Source: the human T2T-CHM13v2.0 reference genome, Homo sapiens. From it: a stretch of 64,000 bases of DNA. Each line of letters opens with the position of its first letter. The first letter of the stretch is position 1. The stretch lies in the NCBI RefSeq assembly GCF_009914755.1, contig NC_060930.1; one strand, 5' to 3'. The notes beneath the pieces were generated by a model. The model was not told where the DNA came from. It saw nothing but the letters and a program-made list of their open reading frames with translations, and ran no database searches. This document shows positions 39,301 to 51,700 of the stretch, piece by piece. Made by a program: the position numbers and the translations under genes.

Positions 39301-42300
39301 CGCCTTGAGGCCTTCGTTGGAAACGGGATTTCTTCATGTTACTCTAGATAGAAGAATTCTCAAACACTGCTATGTGATGTTTGCATTCAAGTCACAGAGT
39401 GCAACATTCCTCTTGGTAGAGCAGTTGGGAAACACTCCTTTTGTAGAATCTGCAATGGGATATTTGGACTTCTTTGAGGCCTTCGTTGGAAACGGGATTT
39501 CTTCGTATGAATCTAGACAGAAGAATTCTCAGAAACTTCCTTGTGATGTGTGCATTCAACTCAGCGAGTGGCACCTTCCTTTGGATACAGCAGTTTTGAA
39601 ACACTGTTTTTGTAGTATTTCCAAGCGGATATTTAGAGCGCCTTGAAGCCTATGCTAGAAATGGAAATATCTCCCCATAAAACCAAGACAGAAGCAATCT
39701 CAGAAACTAATGTGTGATGGCTGCATTCCACACACACGGTGGACCATTTCTCTTGATAGAGCAGTTTTGAAACACTCTTTCTGTAGAATCTGCAAGTGGA
39801 TAATTGGACCTCCTAGAGGCCTTCGTTGGAAACGGGATTTCTTCATCTAAACCTACAGAGAAGAATTCTCAGTAACTTCTTCGGATGTGTGCATTCGACT
39901 CACAGAATGGAACATTCCCTTTGATAGAGCAGTTTTGAGACACCGTTTTTGTAGAATTCCCAAGTGGATATTTAGAGCACTTTGAAGTCTCTGCTAGAAA
40001 AGGAAACATCTTCATGTAAAAAGTAGATAGAATCGTTCTCAGAAAGTGCTTAGTGACGTGTGCGTTCAACTCACAGAGTTTAACGTTTCTTTTGATAGAG
40101 CGTTTCTGAAACACCCTTCTTGTAGTAGCTGCAAGTGGATATTTGGACCTATTGGAGGCCTTCTTTGGAAACGGGATTTCTTCATGTAACTCTAGATTGA
40201 AGAATTCTCAGAAACTCCTTTGTGATGTGTGCATTCAATTCAAAGAGTGAAACCTCCCTTTTCACAGAGCAGTTTTGAAACACTGTTTTTGTAGGATTTC
40301 CAAGGGGATATTTATAGCGCATTGAGCCTACGGCGGAAAAAGAAACATCTTCCTATAAAAACTAGACAGAATACTTCTCAGAATCTGCTTTGCGATGTGT
40401 GCGTTCAACTCACAGAGTAAAACTTTTCTTTTGATAGAGCAGTTTTGAAACACTCTTTTTGTAGTATTTGCATGTGTATATTTAGAGCGCATTGAAGCCC
40501 ACAGTAGAAAAGGAAATAACTTCACCTAAAACCTAGACAGAAGCAATCTCAGAAACTACTTTGTGATGTGTACATTCAACTCACAGAGTGGAACTTTCCT
40601 CTTTATAGAGCAGTGTTGAAACACTCTTTTTGTAGAAACTGCAAGTGGATATTTGGACCTCTTTGAGGCCTTCGTTGGAAACGGGATTTCTTCCTATAAC
40701 CCTAGACAGAAGAATTTTCAGAAACCTCATTGTGATGTGTGCGTTCATCTCACAGAGTGGAGTCTTCCGTTTGATAGAGAAGTTTTGAAACCCTGTTCTT
40801 GTAGGATTTCCAAGTGGATATTTAGACCACTTTGAAGCCTATGATAGAAAAGGAAACATCTTCATGGAAAACATAGATAGAATCATCCTCAGAAACAACT
40901 TTGTGATGTGTGCGTTGAACTCACCGTCTTTAACCTTTCTTTTGGTAGAGAAGTTTTGAAACACTCTCTTTGTAAAGTCTACAAGTGGATATTTTGAGCC
41001 CTTGGAGGCATTCTTTGGAAAAGGGAATGTCTTCACATAAAAGGCAGACGGAAGTGTTCTCAGAAACTGCTTTGTGATGTCTGTGTTCAACTCACAGAGT
41101 TTAACATTTCCTTTGATAGAGCGGTTTAGTAACCCTCTCTTTGTAGAATTTGGAAGTGTATACTAAGAGCGCTTTGAGGCCTATGGTAGAAAAGGAAATA
41201 TCTTTCCATAAAAGCTAGACAGAAGCAATCTCAGAAACTCCTCTGTGATGTCTGCATTCAACTCACCGAGTGGAACATTCCTCTTGAGAGAGCAGTTTGG
41301 AAACACTCTTTCTGTAGAATCAGCTTGTTTGTATTTGGACCTCCTTGAGGCCTTCGTTGGAAACGGGTTTTCATCTTATAAACCCAGACAGAAGAATTCT
41401 CAGAGTCTTCTTTGTGATGTGTGCTTTCAACTCACCGAGATAAAGATTTCTCTTGATAGAGCAATTTGGAAACACTCTTTTTGTAGAATTTGCAAGGGTA
41501 CATTGAGAGCGCTTTCAGGCCTATGGTAGAAAAGGGAATATCTTTCCATAAAAGGTAGACAGAAGCAATCTCAGAAACTACTTTGTGATGTGTGCATTCA
41601 ACTCACCGAGTGCAACGTTCCTCTTGACCGAGCAGTTTGGAAACATTGTTTCTGTAGAATCTGCAAGTGGATATTTGGACCTCTTTGAGGCCTTCGTTGG
41701 AAACGGGATTTCTTCCTATAAACCCAGACAGAAGAATTCTCAGAGACTTCTTTGTGATGTGTGAATTCAACTCACAGTGTGGATCCTTCCTTTTGATAGA
41801 GCAGTTTTGAAACCCTGTTTTTGTAGTATTTCCAAGCGGATATTTGGAACGCCTTGAAGCGTATGGTAGAAAAGGAAATATCTTCCCATAAAACCTAGAC
41901 AGAACCAATCTCAGAAACGACTTTGTGATGTCTGCATTCAAGTCACAGAGTTGAACATTTCTCTTGATAGAGCAGTTTTGAAACCCTCTTTCTGAAGGAT
42001 CTGCAAGTGGATATTTGGAACTCCTTTGGGTCTTCGTTGGAAACGGGATTTCTTCGTATAAATCTAGACAGAAGAATTCTCCGAAACTTCTTTGGTTGTG
42101 TGCATTCAAGTCACAGAGTGGAACCTTCCTTTGGATAGAGCAGTTTGAAACGCCGTGGTTGTAGTATTTCCAAGCGGATATTAGAGCGCCTTGAGGCCTA
42201 TGGTAGAAAAGGAAATATCTTCCCATAAAACCTAGACGGAAGCAATCTCAGAAACTACTGTGTGATGGCTGCATTCCACACACACGGTGGAACATTTCTC

Positions 42301-45300
42301 TTGATAGAGCAGTTTTGAAACACTCTTTCTGTAGAATCTGCAAGTGGATAATTGGACCGCCTTGAGGCCTTCGTTGGAAACGGGATTTCTTCATGTTACT
42401 CTAGATAGAAGAATTCTCAAACACTGCTATGTGATGTTTGCATTCAAGTCACAGAGTGCAACATTCCTCTTGGTAGAGCAGTTGGGAAACACTCCTTTTG
42501 TAGAATCTGCAATGGGATATTTGGACTTCTTTGAGGCCTTCGTTGGAAACGGGATTTCTTCGTATGAATCTAGACAGAAGAATTCTCAGAAACTTCCTTG
42601 TGATGTGTGCATTCAACTCAGCGAGTGGCACCTTCCTTTGGATACAGCAGTTTTGAAACACTGTTTTTGTAGTATTTCCAAGCGGATATTTAGAGCGCCT
42701 TGAAGCCTATGCTAGAAATGGAAATATCTCCCCATAAAACCAAGACAGAAGCAATCTCAGAAACTAATGTGTGATGGCTGCATTCCACACACACGGTGGA
42801 CCATTTCTCTTGATAGAGCAGTTTTGAAACACTCTTTCTGTAGAATCTGCAAGTGGATAATTGGACCTCCTAGAGGCCTTCGTTGGAAACGGGATTTCTT
42901 CATCTAAACCTACAGAGAAGAATTCTCAGTAACTTCTTCGGATGTGTGCATTCGACTCACAGAATGGAACATTCCCTTTGATAGAGCAGTTTTGAGACAC
43001 CGTTTTTGTAGAATTCCCAAGTGGATATTTAGAGCACTTTGAAGTCTCTGCTAGAAAAGGAAACATCTTCATGTAAAAAGTAGATAGAATCGTTCTCAGA
43101 AAGTGCTTAGTGACGTGTGCGTTCAACTCACAGAGTTTAACGTTTCTTTTGATAGAGCGTTTCTGAAACACCCTTCTTGTAGTAGCTGCAAGTGGATATT
43201 TGGACCTATTGGAGGCCTTCTTTGGAAACGGGATTTCTTCATGTAACTCTAGATTGAAGAATTCTCAGAAACTCCTTTGTGATGTGTGCATTCAATTCAA
43301 AGAGTGAAACCTCCCTTTTCACAGAGCAGTTTTGAAACACTGTTTTTGTAGGATTTCCAAGGGGATATTTATAGCGCATTGAGCCTACGGCGGAAAAAGA
43401 AACATCTTCCTATAAAAACTAGACAGAATACTTCTCAGAATCTGCTTTGCGATGTGTGCGTTCAACTCACAGAGTAAAACTTTTCTTTTGATAGAGCAGT
43501 TTTGAAACACTCTTTTTGTAGTATTTGCATGTGTATATTTAGAGCGCATTGAAGCCCACAGTAGAAAAGGAAATAACTTCACCTAAAACCTAGACAGAAG
43601 CAATCTCAGAAACTACTTTGTGATGTGTACATTCAACTCACAGAGTGGAACTTTCCTCTTTATAGAGCAGTGTTGAAACACTCTTTTTGTAGAAACTGCA
43701 AGTGGATATTTGGACCTCTTTGAGGCCTTCGTTGGAAACGGGATTTCTTCCTATAACCCTAGACAGAAGAATTTTCAGAAACCTCATTGTGATGTGTGCG
43801 TTCATCTCACAGAGTGGAGTCTTCCGTTTGATAGAGAAGTTTTGAAACCCTGTTCTTGTAGGATTTCCAAGTGGATATTTAGACCACTTTGAAGCCTATG
43901 ATAGAAAAGGAAACATCTTCATGGAAAACATAGATAGAATCATCCTCAGAAACAACTTTGTGATGTGTGCGTTGAACTCACCGTCTTTAACCTTTCTTTT
44001 GGTAGAGAAGTTTTGAAACACTCTCTTTGTAAAGTCTACAAGTGGATATTTTGAGCCCTTGGAGGCATTCTTTGGAAAAGGGAATGTCTTCACATAAAAG
44101 GCAGACGGAAGTGTTCTCAGAAACTGCTTTGTGATGTCTGTGTTCAACTCACAGAGTTTAACATTTCCTTTGATAGAGCGGTTTAGTAACCCTCTCTTTG
44201 TAGAATTTGGAAGTGTATACTAAGAGCGCTTTGAGGCCTATGGTAGAAAAGGAAATATCTTTCCATAAAAGCTAGACAGAAGCAATCTCAGAAACTCCTC
44301 TGCGATGTCTGCATTCAACTCACCGAGTGGAACATTCCTCTTGAGAGAGCAGTTTGGAAACACTCTTTCTGTAGAATCAGCTTGTTTGTATTTGGACCTC
44401 CTTGAGGCCTTCGTTGGAAACGGGTTTTCATCTTATAAACCCAGACAGAAGAATTCTCAGAGTCTTCTTTGTGATGTGTGCTTTCAACTCACCGAGATAA
44501 AGATTTCTCTTGATAGAGCAATTTGGAAACACTCTTTTTGTAGAATTTGCAAGGGTACATTGAGAGCGCTTTCAGGCCTATGGTAGAAAAGGGAATATCT
44601 TTCCATAAAAGGTAGACAGAAGCAATCTCAGAAACTACTTTGTGATGTGTGCATTCAACTCACCGAGTGCAACGTTCCTCTTGACCGAGCAGTTTGGAAA
44701 CATTGTTTCTGTAGAATCTGCAAGTGGATATTTGGACCTCTTTGAGGCCTTCGTTGGAAACGGGATTTCTTCCTATAAACCCAGACAGAAGAATTCTCAG
44801 AGACTTCTTTGTGATGTGTGAATTCAACTCACAGTGTGGATCCTTCCTTTTGATAGAGCAGTTTTGAAACCCTGTTTTTGTAGTATTTCCAAGCGGATAT
44901 TTGGAACGCCTTGAAGCGTATGGTAGAAAAGGAAATATCTTCCCATAAAACCTAGACAGAACCAATCTCAGAAACGACTTTGTGATGTCTGCATTCAAGT
45001 CACAGAGTTGAACATTTCTCTTGATAGAGCAGTTTTGAAACCCTCTTTCTGAAGGATCTGCAAGTGGATATTTGGAACTCCTTTGGGTCTTCGTTGGAAA
45101 CGGGATTTCTTCGTATAAATCTAGACAGAAGAATTCTCCGAAACTTCTTTGGTTGTGTGCATTCAAGTCACAGAGTGGAACCTTCCTTTGGATAGAGCAG
45201 TTTGAAACGCCGTGGTTGTAGTATTTCCAAGCGGATATTAGAGCGCCTTGAGGCCTATGGTAGAAAAGGAAATATCTTCCCATAAAACCTAGACGGAAGC

Positions 45301-48300
45301 AATCTCAGAAACTACTGTGTGATGGCTGCATTCCACACACACGGTGGAACATTTCTCTTGATAGAGCAGTTTTGAAACACTCTTTCTGTAGAATCTGCAA
45401 GTGGATAATTGGACCGCCTTGAGGCCTTCGTTGGAAACGGGATTTCTTCATGTTACTCTAGATAGAAGAATTCTCAAACACTGCTATGTGATGTTTGCAT
45501 TCAAGTCACAGAGTGCAACATTCCTCTTGGTAGAGCAGTTGGGAAACACTCCTTTTGTAGAATCTGCAATGGGATATTTGGACTTCTTTGAGGCCTTCGT
45601 TGGAAACGGGATTTCTTCGTATGAATCTAGACAGAAGAATTCTCAGAAACTTCCTTGTGATGTGTGCATTCAACTCAGCGAGTGGCACCTTCCTTTGGAT
45701 ACAGCAGTTTTGAAACACTGTTTTTGTAGTATTTCCAAGCGGATATTTAGAGCGCCTTGAAGCCTATGCTAGAAATGGAAATAGCTCCCCATAAAACCAA
45801 GACAGAAGCAATCTCAGAAACTAATGTGTGATGGCTGCATTCCACACACACGGTGGACCATTTCTCTTGATAGAGCAGTTTTGAAACACTCTTTCTGTAG
45901 AATCTGCAAGTGGATAATTGGACCTCCTAGAGGCCTTCGTTGGAAACGGGATTTCATCTAAACCTACAGAGAAGAATTCTCAGTAACTTCTTCGGATGTG
46001 TGCATTCGACTCACAGAATGGAACATTCCCTTTGATAGAGCAGTTTTGAGACACCGTTTTTGTAGAATTCCCAAGTGGATATTTAGAGCACTTTGAAGTC
46101 TCTGCTAGAAAAGGAAACATCTTCATGTAAAAAGTAGATAGAATCGTTCTCAGAAAGTGCTTAGTGACGTGTGCGTTCAACTCACAGAGTTTAACGTTTC
46201 TTTTGATAGAGCGTTTCTGAAACACCCTTCTTGTAGTAGCTGCAAGTGGATATTTGGACCTATTGGAGGCCTTCTTTGGAAACGGGATTTCTTCATGTAA
46301 CTCTAGATTGAAGAATTCTCAGAAACTCCTTTGTGATGTGTGCATTCAATTCAAAGAGTGAAACCTCCCTTTTCACAGAGCAGTTTTGAAACACTGTTTT
46401 TGTAGGATTTCCAAGGGGATATTTATAGCGCATTGAGCCTACGGCGGAAAAAGAAACATCTTCCTATAAAAACTAGACAGAATACTTCTCAGAATCTGCT
46501 TTGCGATGTGTGCGTTCAACTCACAGAGTAAAACTTTTCTTTTGATAGAGCAGTTTTGAAACACTCTTTTTGTAGTATTTGCATGTGTATATTTAGAGCG
46601 CATTGAAGCCCACAGTAGAAAAGGAAATAACTTCACCTAAAACCTAGACAGAAGCAATCTCAGAAACTACTTTGTGATGTGTACATTCAACTCACAGAGT
46701 GGAACTTTCCTCTTTATAGAGCAGTGTTGAAACACTCTTTTTGTAGAAACTGCAAGTGGATATTTGGACCTCTTTGAGGCCTTCGTTGGAAACGGGATTT
46801 CTTCCTATAACCCTAGACAGAAGAATTTTCAGAAACCTCATTGTGATGTGTGCGTTCATCTCACAGAGTGGAGTCTTCCGTTTGATAGAGAAGTTTTGAA
46901 ACCCTGTTCTTGTAGGATTTCCAAGTGGATATTTAGACCACTTTGAAGCCTATGATAGAAAAGGAAACATCTTCATGGAAAACATAGATAGAATCATCCT
47001 CAGAAACAACTTTGTGATGTGTGCGTTGAACTCACCGTCTTTAACCTTTCTTTTGGTAGAGAAGTTTTGAAACACTCTCTTTGTAAAGTCTACAAGTGGA
47101 TATTTTGAGCCCTTGGAGGCATTCTTTGGAAAAGGGAATGTCTTCACATAAAAGGCAGACGGAAGTGTTCTCAGAAACTGCTTTGTGATGTCTGTGTTCA
47201 ACTCACAGAGTTTAACATTTCCTTTGATAGAGCGGTTTAGTAACCCTCTCTTTGTAGAATTTGGAAGTGTATACTAAGAGCGCTTTGAGGCCTATGGTAG
47301 AAAAGGAAATATCTTTCCATAAAAGCTAGACAGAAGCAATCTCAGAAACTCCTCTGTGATGTCTGCATTCAACTCACCGAGTGGAACATTCCTCTTGAGA
47401 GAGCAGTTTGGAAACACTCTTTCTGTAGAATCAGCTTGTTTGTATTTGGACCTCCTTGAGGCCTTCGTTGGAAACGGGTTTTCATCTTATAAACCCAGAC
47501 AGAAGAATTCTCAGAGTCTTCTTTGTGATGTGTGCTTTCAACTCACCGAGATAAAGATTTCTCTTGATAGAGCAATTTGGAAACACTCTTTTTGTAGAAT
47601 TTGCAAGGGTACATTGAGAGCGCTTTCAGGCCTATGGTAGAAAAGGGAATATCTTTCCATAAAAGGTAGACAGAAGCAATCTCAGAAACTACTTTGTGAT
47701 GTGTGCATTCAACTCACCGAGTGCAACGTTCCTCTTGACCGAGCAGTTTGGAAACATTGTTTCTGTAGAATCTGCAAGTGGATATTTGGACCTCTTTGAG
47801 GCCTTCGTTGGAAACGGGATTTCTTCCTATAAACCCAGACAGAAGAATTCTCAGAGACTTCTTTGTGATGTGTGAATTCAACTCACAGTGTGGATCCTTC
47901 CTTTTGATAGAGCAGTTTTGAAACCCTGTTTTTGTAGTATTTCCAAGCGGATATTTGGAACGCCTTGAAGCGTATGGTAGAAAAGGAAATATCTTCCCAT
48001 AAAACCTAGACAGAACCAATCTCAGAAACGACTTTGTGATGTCTGCATTCAAGTCACAGAGTTGAACATTTCTCTTGATAGAGCAGTTTTGAAACCCTCT
48101 TTCTGAAGGATCTGCAAGTGGATATTTGGAACTCCTTTGGGTCTTCGTTGGAAACGGGATTTCTTCGTATAAATCTAGACAGAAGAATTCTCCGAAACTT
48201 CTTTGGTTGTGTGCATTCAAGTCACAGAGTGGAACCTTCCTTTGGATAGAGCAGTTTGAAACGCCGTGGTTGTAGTATTTCCAAGCGGATATTAGAGCGC

Positions 48301-48766
48301 CTTGAGGCCTATGGTAGAAAAGGAAATATCTTCCCATAAAACCTAGACGGAAGCAATCTCAGAAACTACTGTGTGATGGCTGCATTCCACACACACGGTG
48401 GAACATTTCTCTTGATAGAGCAGTTTTGAAACACTCTTTCTGTAGAATCTGCAAGTGGATAATTGGACCGCCTTGAGGCCTTCGTTGGAAACGGGATTTC
48501 TTCATGTTACTCTAGATAGAAGAATTCTCAAACACTGCTATGTGATGTTTGCATTCAAGTCACAGAGTGCAACATTCCTCTTGGTAGAGCAGTTGGGAAA
48601 CACTCCTTTTGTAGAATCTGCAATGGGATATTTGGACTTCTTTGAGGCCTTCGTTGGAAACGGGATTTCTTCGTATGAATCTAGACAGAAGAATTCTCAG
48701 AAACTTCCTTGTGATGTGTGCATTCAACTCAGCGAGTGGCACCTTCCTTTGGATACAGCAGTTTTG
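24315..48766 (+). repeat. Copy 1 of a 24,452-bp (8-HOR) tandem super-repeat; true left edge lies between ~21994 and 24315
   Basis: An ordered set of rare variants recurs exactly 24,452 bp downstream (see findings). Confidence 0.88.
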
Positions 48767-51700
48767 AACACTGTTTTTGTAGTATTTCCAAGCGGATATT
48801 TAGAGCGCCTTGAAGCCTATGCTAGAAATGGAAATATCTCCCCATAAAACCAAGACAGAAGCAATCTCAGAAACTAATGTGTGATGGCTGCATTCCACAC
48901 ACACGGTGGACCATTTCTCTTGATAGAGCAGTTTTGAAACACTCTTTCTGTAGAATCTGCAAGTGGATAATTGGACCTCCTAGAGGCCTTCGTTGGAAAC
49001 GGGATTTCTTCATCTAAACCTACAGAGAAGAATTCTCAGTAACTTCTTCGGATGTGTGCATTCGACGCACAGAATGGAACATTCCCTTTGATAGAGCAGT
49101 TTTGAGACACCGTTTTTGTAGAATTCCCAAGTGGATATTTAGAGCACTTTGAAGTCTCTGCTAGAAAAGGAAACATCTTCATGTAAAAAGTAGATAGAAT
49201 CGTTCTCAGAAAGTGCTTAGTGACGTGTGCGTTCAACTCACAGAGTTTAACGTTTCTTTTGATAGAGCGTTTCTGAAACACCCTTCTTGTAGTAGCTGCA
49301 AGTGGATATTTGGACCTATTGGAGGCCTTCTTTGGAAACGGGATTTCTTCATGTAACTCTAGATTGAAGAATTCTCAGAAACTCCTTTGTGATGTGTGCA
49401 TTCAATTCAAAGAGTGAAACCTCCCTTTTCACAGAGCAGTTTTGAAACACTGTTTTTGTAGGATTTCCAAGGGGATATTTATAGCGCATTGAGCCTACGG
49501 CGGAAAAAGAAACATCTTCCTATAAAAACTAGACAGAATACTTCTCAGAATCTGCTTTGCGATGTGTGCGTTCAACTCACAGAGTAAAACTTTTCTTTTG
49601 ATAGAGCAGTTTTGAAACACTCTTTTTGTAGTATTTGCATGTGTATATTTAGAGCGCATTGAAGCCCACAGTAGAAAAGGAAATAACTTCACCTAAAACC
49701 TAGACAGAAGCAATCTCAGAAACTACTTTGTGATGTGTACATTCAACTCACAGAGTGGAACTTTCCTCTTTATAGAGCAGTGTTGAAACACTCTTTTTGT
49801 AGAAACTGCAAGTGGATATTTGGACCTCTTTGAGGCCTTCGTTGGAAACGGGATTTCTTCCTATAACCCTAGACAGAAGAATTTTCAGAAACCTCATTGT
49901 GATGTGTGCGTTCATCTCACAGAGTGGAGTCTTCCGTTTGATAGAGAAGTTTTGAAACCCTGTTCTTGTAGGATTTCCAAGTGGATATTTAGACCACTTT
50001 GAAGCCTATGATAGAAAAGGAAACATCTTCATGGAAAACATAGATAGAATCATCCTCAGAAACAACTTTGTGATGTGTGCGTTGAACTCACCGTCTTTAA
50101 CCTTTCTTTTGGTAGAGAAGTTTTGAAACACTCTCTTTGTAAAGTCTACAAGTGGATATTTTGAGCCCTTGGAGGCATTCTTTGGAAAAGGGAATGTCTT
50201 CACATAAAAGGCAGACGGAAGTGTTCTCAGAAACTGCTTTGTGATGTCTGTGTTCAACTCACAGAGTTTAACATTTCCTTTGATAGAGCGGTTTAGTAAC
50301 CCTCTCTTTGTAGAATTTGGAAGTGTATACTAAGAGCGCTTTGAGGCCTATGGTAGAAAAGGAAATATCTTTCCATAAAAGCTAGACAGAAGCAATCTCA
50401 GAAACTCCTCTGTGATGTCTGCATTCAACTCACCGAGTGGAACATTCCTCTTGAGAGAGCAGTTTGGAAACACTCTTTCTGTAGAATCAGCTTGTTTGTA
50501 TTTGGACCTCCTTGAGGCCTTCGTTGGAAACGGGTTTTCATCTTATAAACCCAGACAGAAGAATTCTCAGAGTCTTCTTTGTGATGTGTGCTTTCAACTC
50601 ACCGAGATAAAGATTTCTCTTGATAGAGCAATTTGGAAACACTCTTTTTGTAGAATTTGCAAGGGTACATTGAGAGCGCTTTCAGGCCTATGGTAGAAAA
50701 GGGAATATCTTTCCATAAAAGGTAGACAGAAGCAATCTCAGAAACTACTTTGTGATGTGTGCATTCAACTCACCGAGTGCAACGTTCCTCTTGACCGAGC
50801 AGTTTGGAAACATTGTTTCTGTAGAATCTGCAAGTGGATATTTGGACCTCTTTGAGGCCTTCGTTGGAAACGGGATTTCTTCCTATAAACCCAGACAGAA
50901 GAATTCTCAGAGACTTCTTTGTGATGTGTGAATTCAACTCACAGTGTGGATCCTTCCTTTTGATAGAGCAGTTTTGAAACCCTGTTTTTGTAGTATTTCC
51001 AAGCGGATATTTGGAACGCCTTGAAGCGTATGGTAGAAAAGGAAATATCTTCCCATAAAACCTAGACAGAACCAATCTCAGAAACGACTTTGTGATGTCT
51101 GCATTCAAGTCACAGAGTTGAACATTTCTCTTGATAGAGCAGTTTTGAAACCCTCTTTCTGAAGGATCTGCAAGTGGATATTTGGAACTCCTTTGGGTCT
51201 TCGTTGGAAACGGGATTTCTTCGTATAAATCTAGACAGAAGAATTCTCCGAAACTTCTTTGGTTGTGTGCATTCAAGTCACAGAGTGGAACCTTCCTTTG
51301 GATAGAGCAGTTTGAAACGCCGTGGTTGTAGTATTTCCAAGCGGATATTAGAGCGCCTTGAGGCCTATGGTAGAAAAGGAAATATCTTCCCATAAAACCT
51401 AGACGGAAGCAATCTCAGAAACTACTGTGTGATGGCTGCATTCCACACACACGGTGGAACATTTCTCTTGATAGAGCAGTTTTGAAACACTCTTTCTGTA
51501 GAATCTGCAAGTGGATAATTGGACCGCCTTGAGGCCTTCGTTGGAAACGGGATTTCTTCATGTTACTCTAGATAGAAGAATTCTCAAACACTGCTATGTG
51601 ATGTTTGCATTCAAGTCACAGAGTGCAACATTCCTCTTGGTAGAGCAGTTGGGAAACACTCCTTTTGTAGAATCTGCAATGGGATATTTGGACTTCTTTG

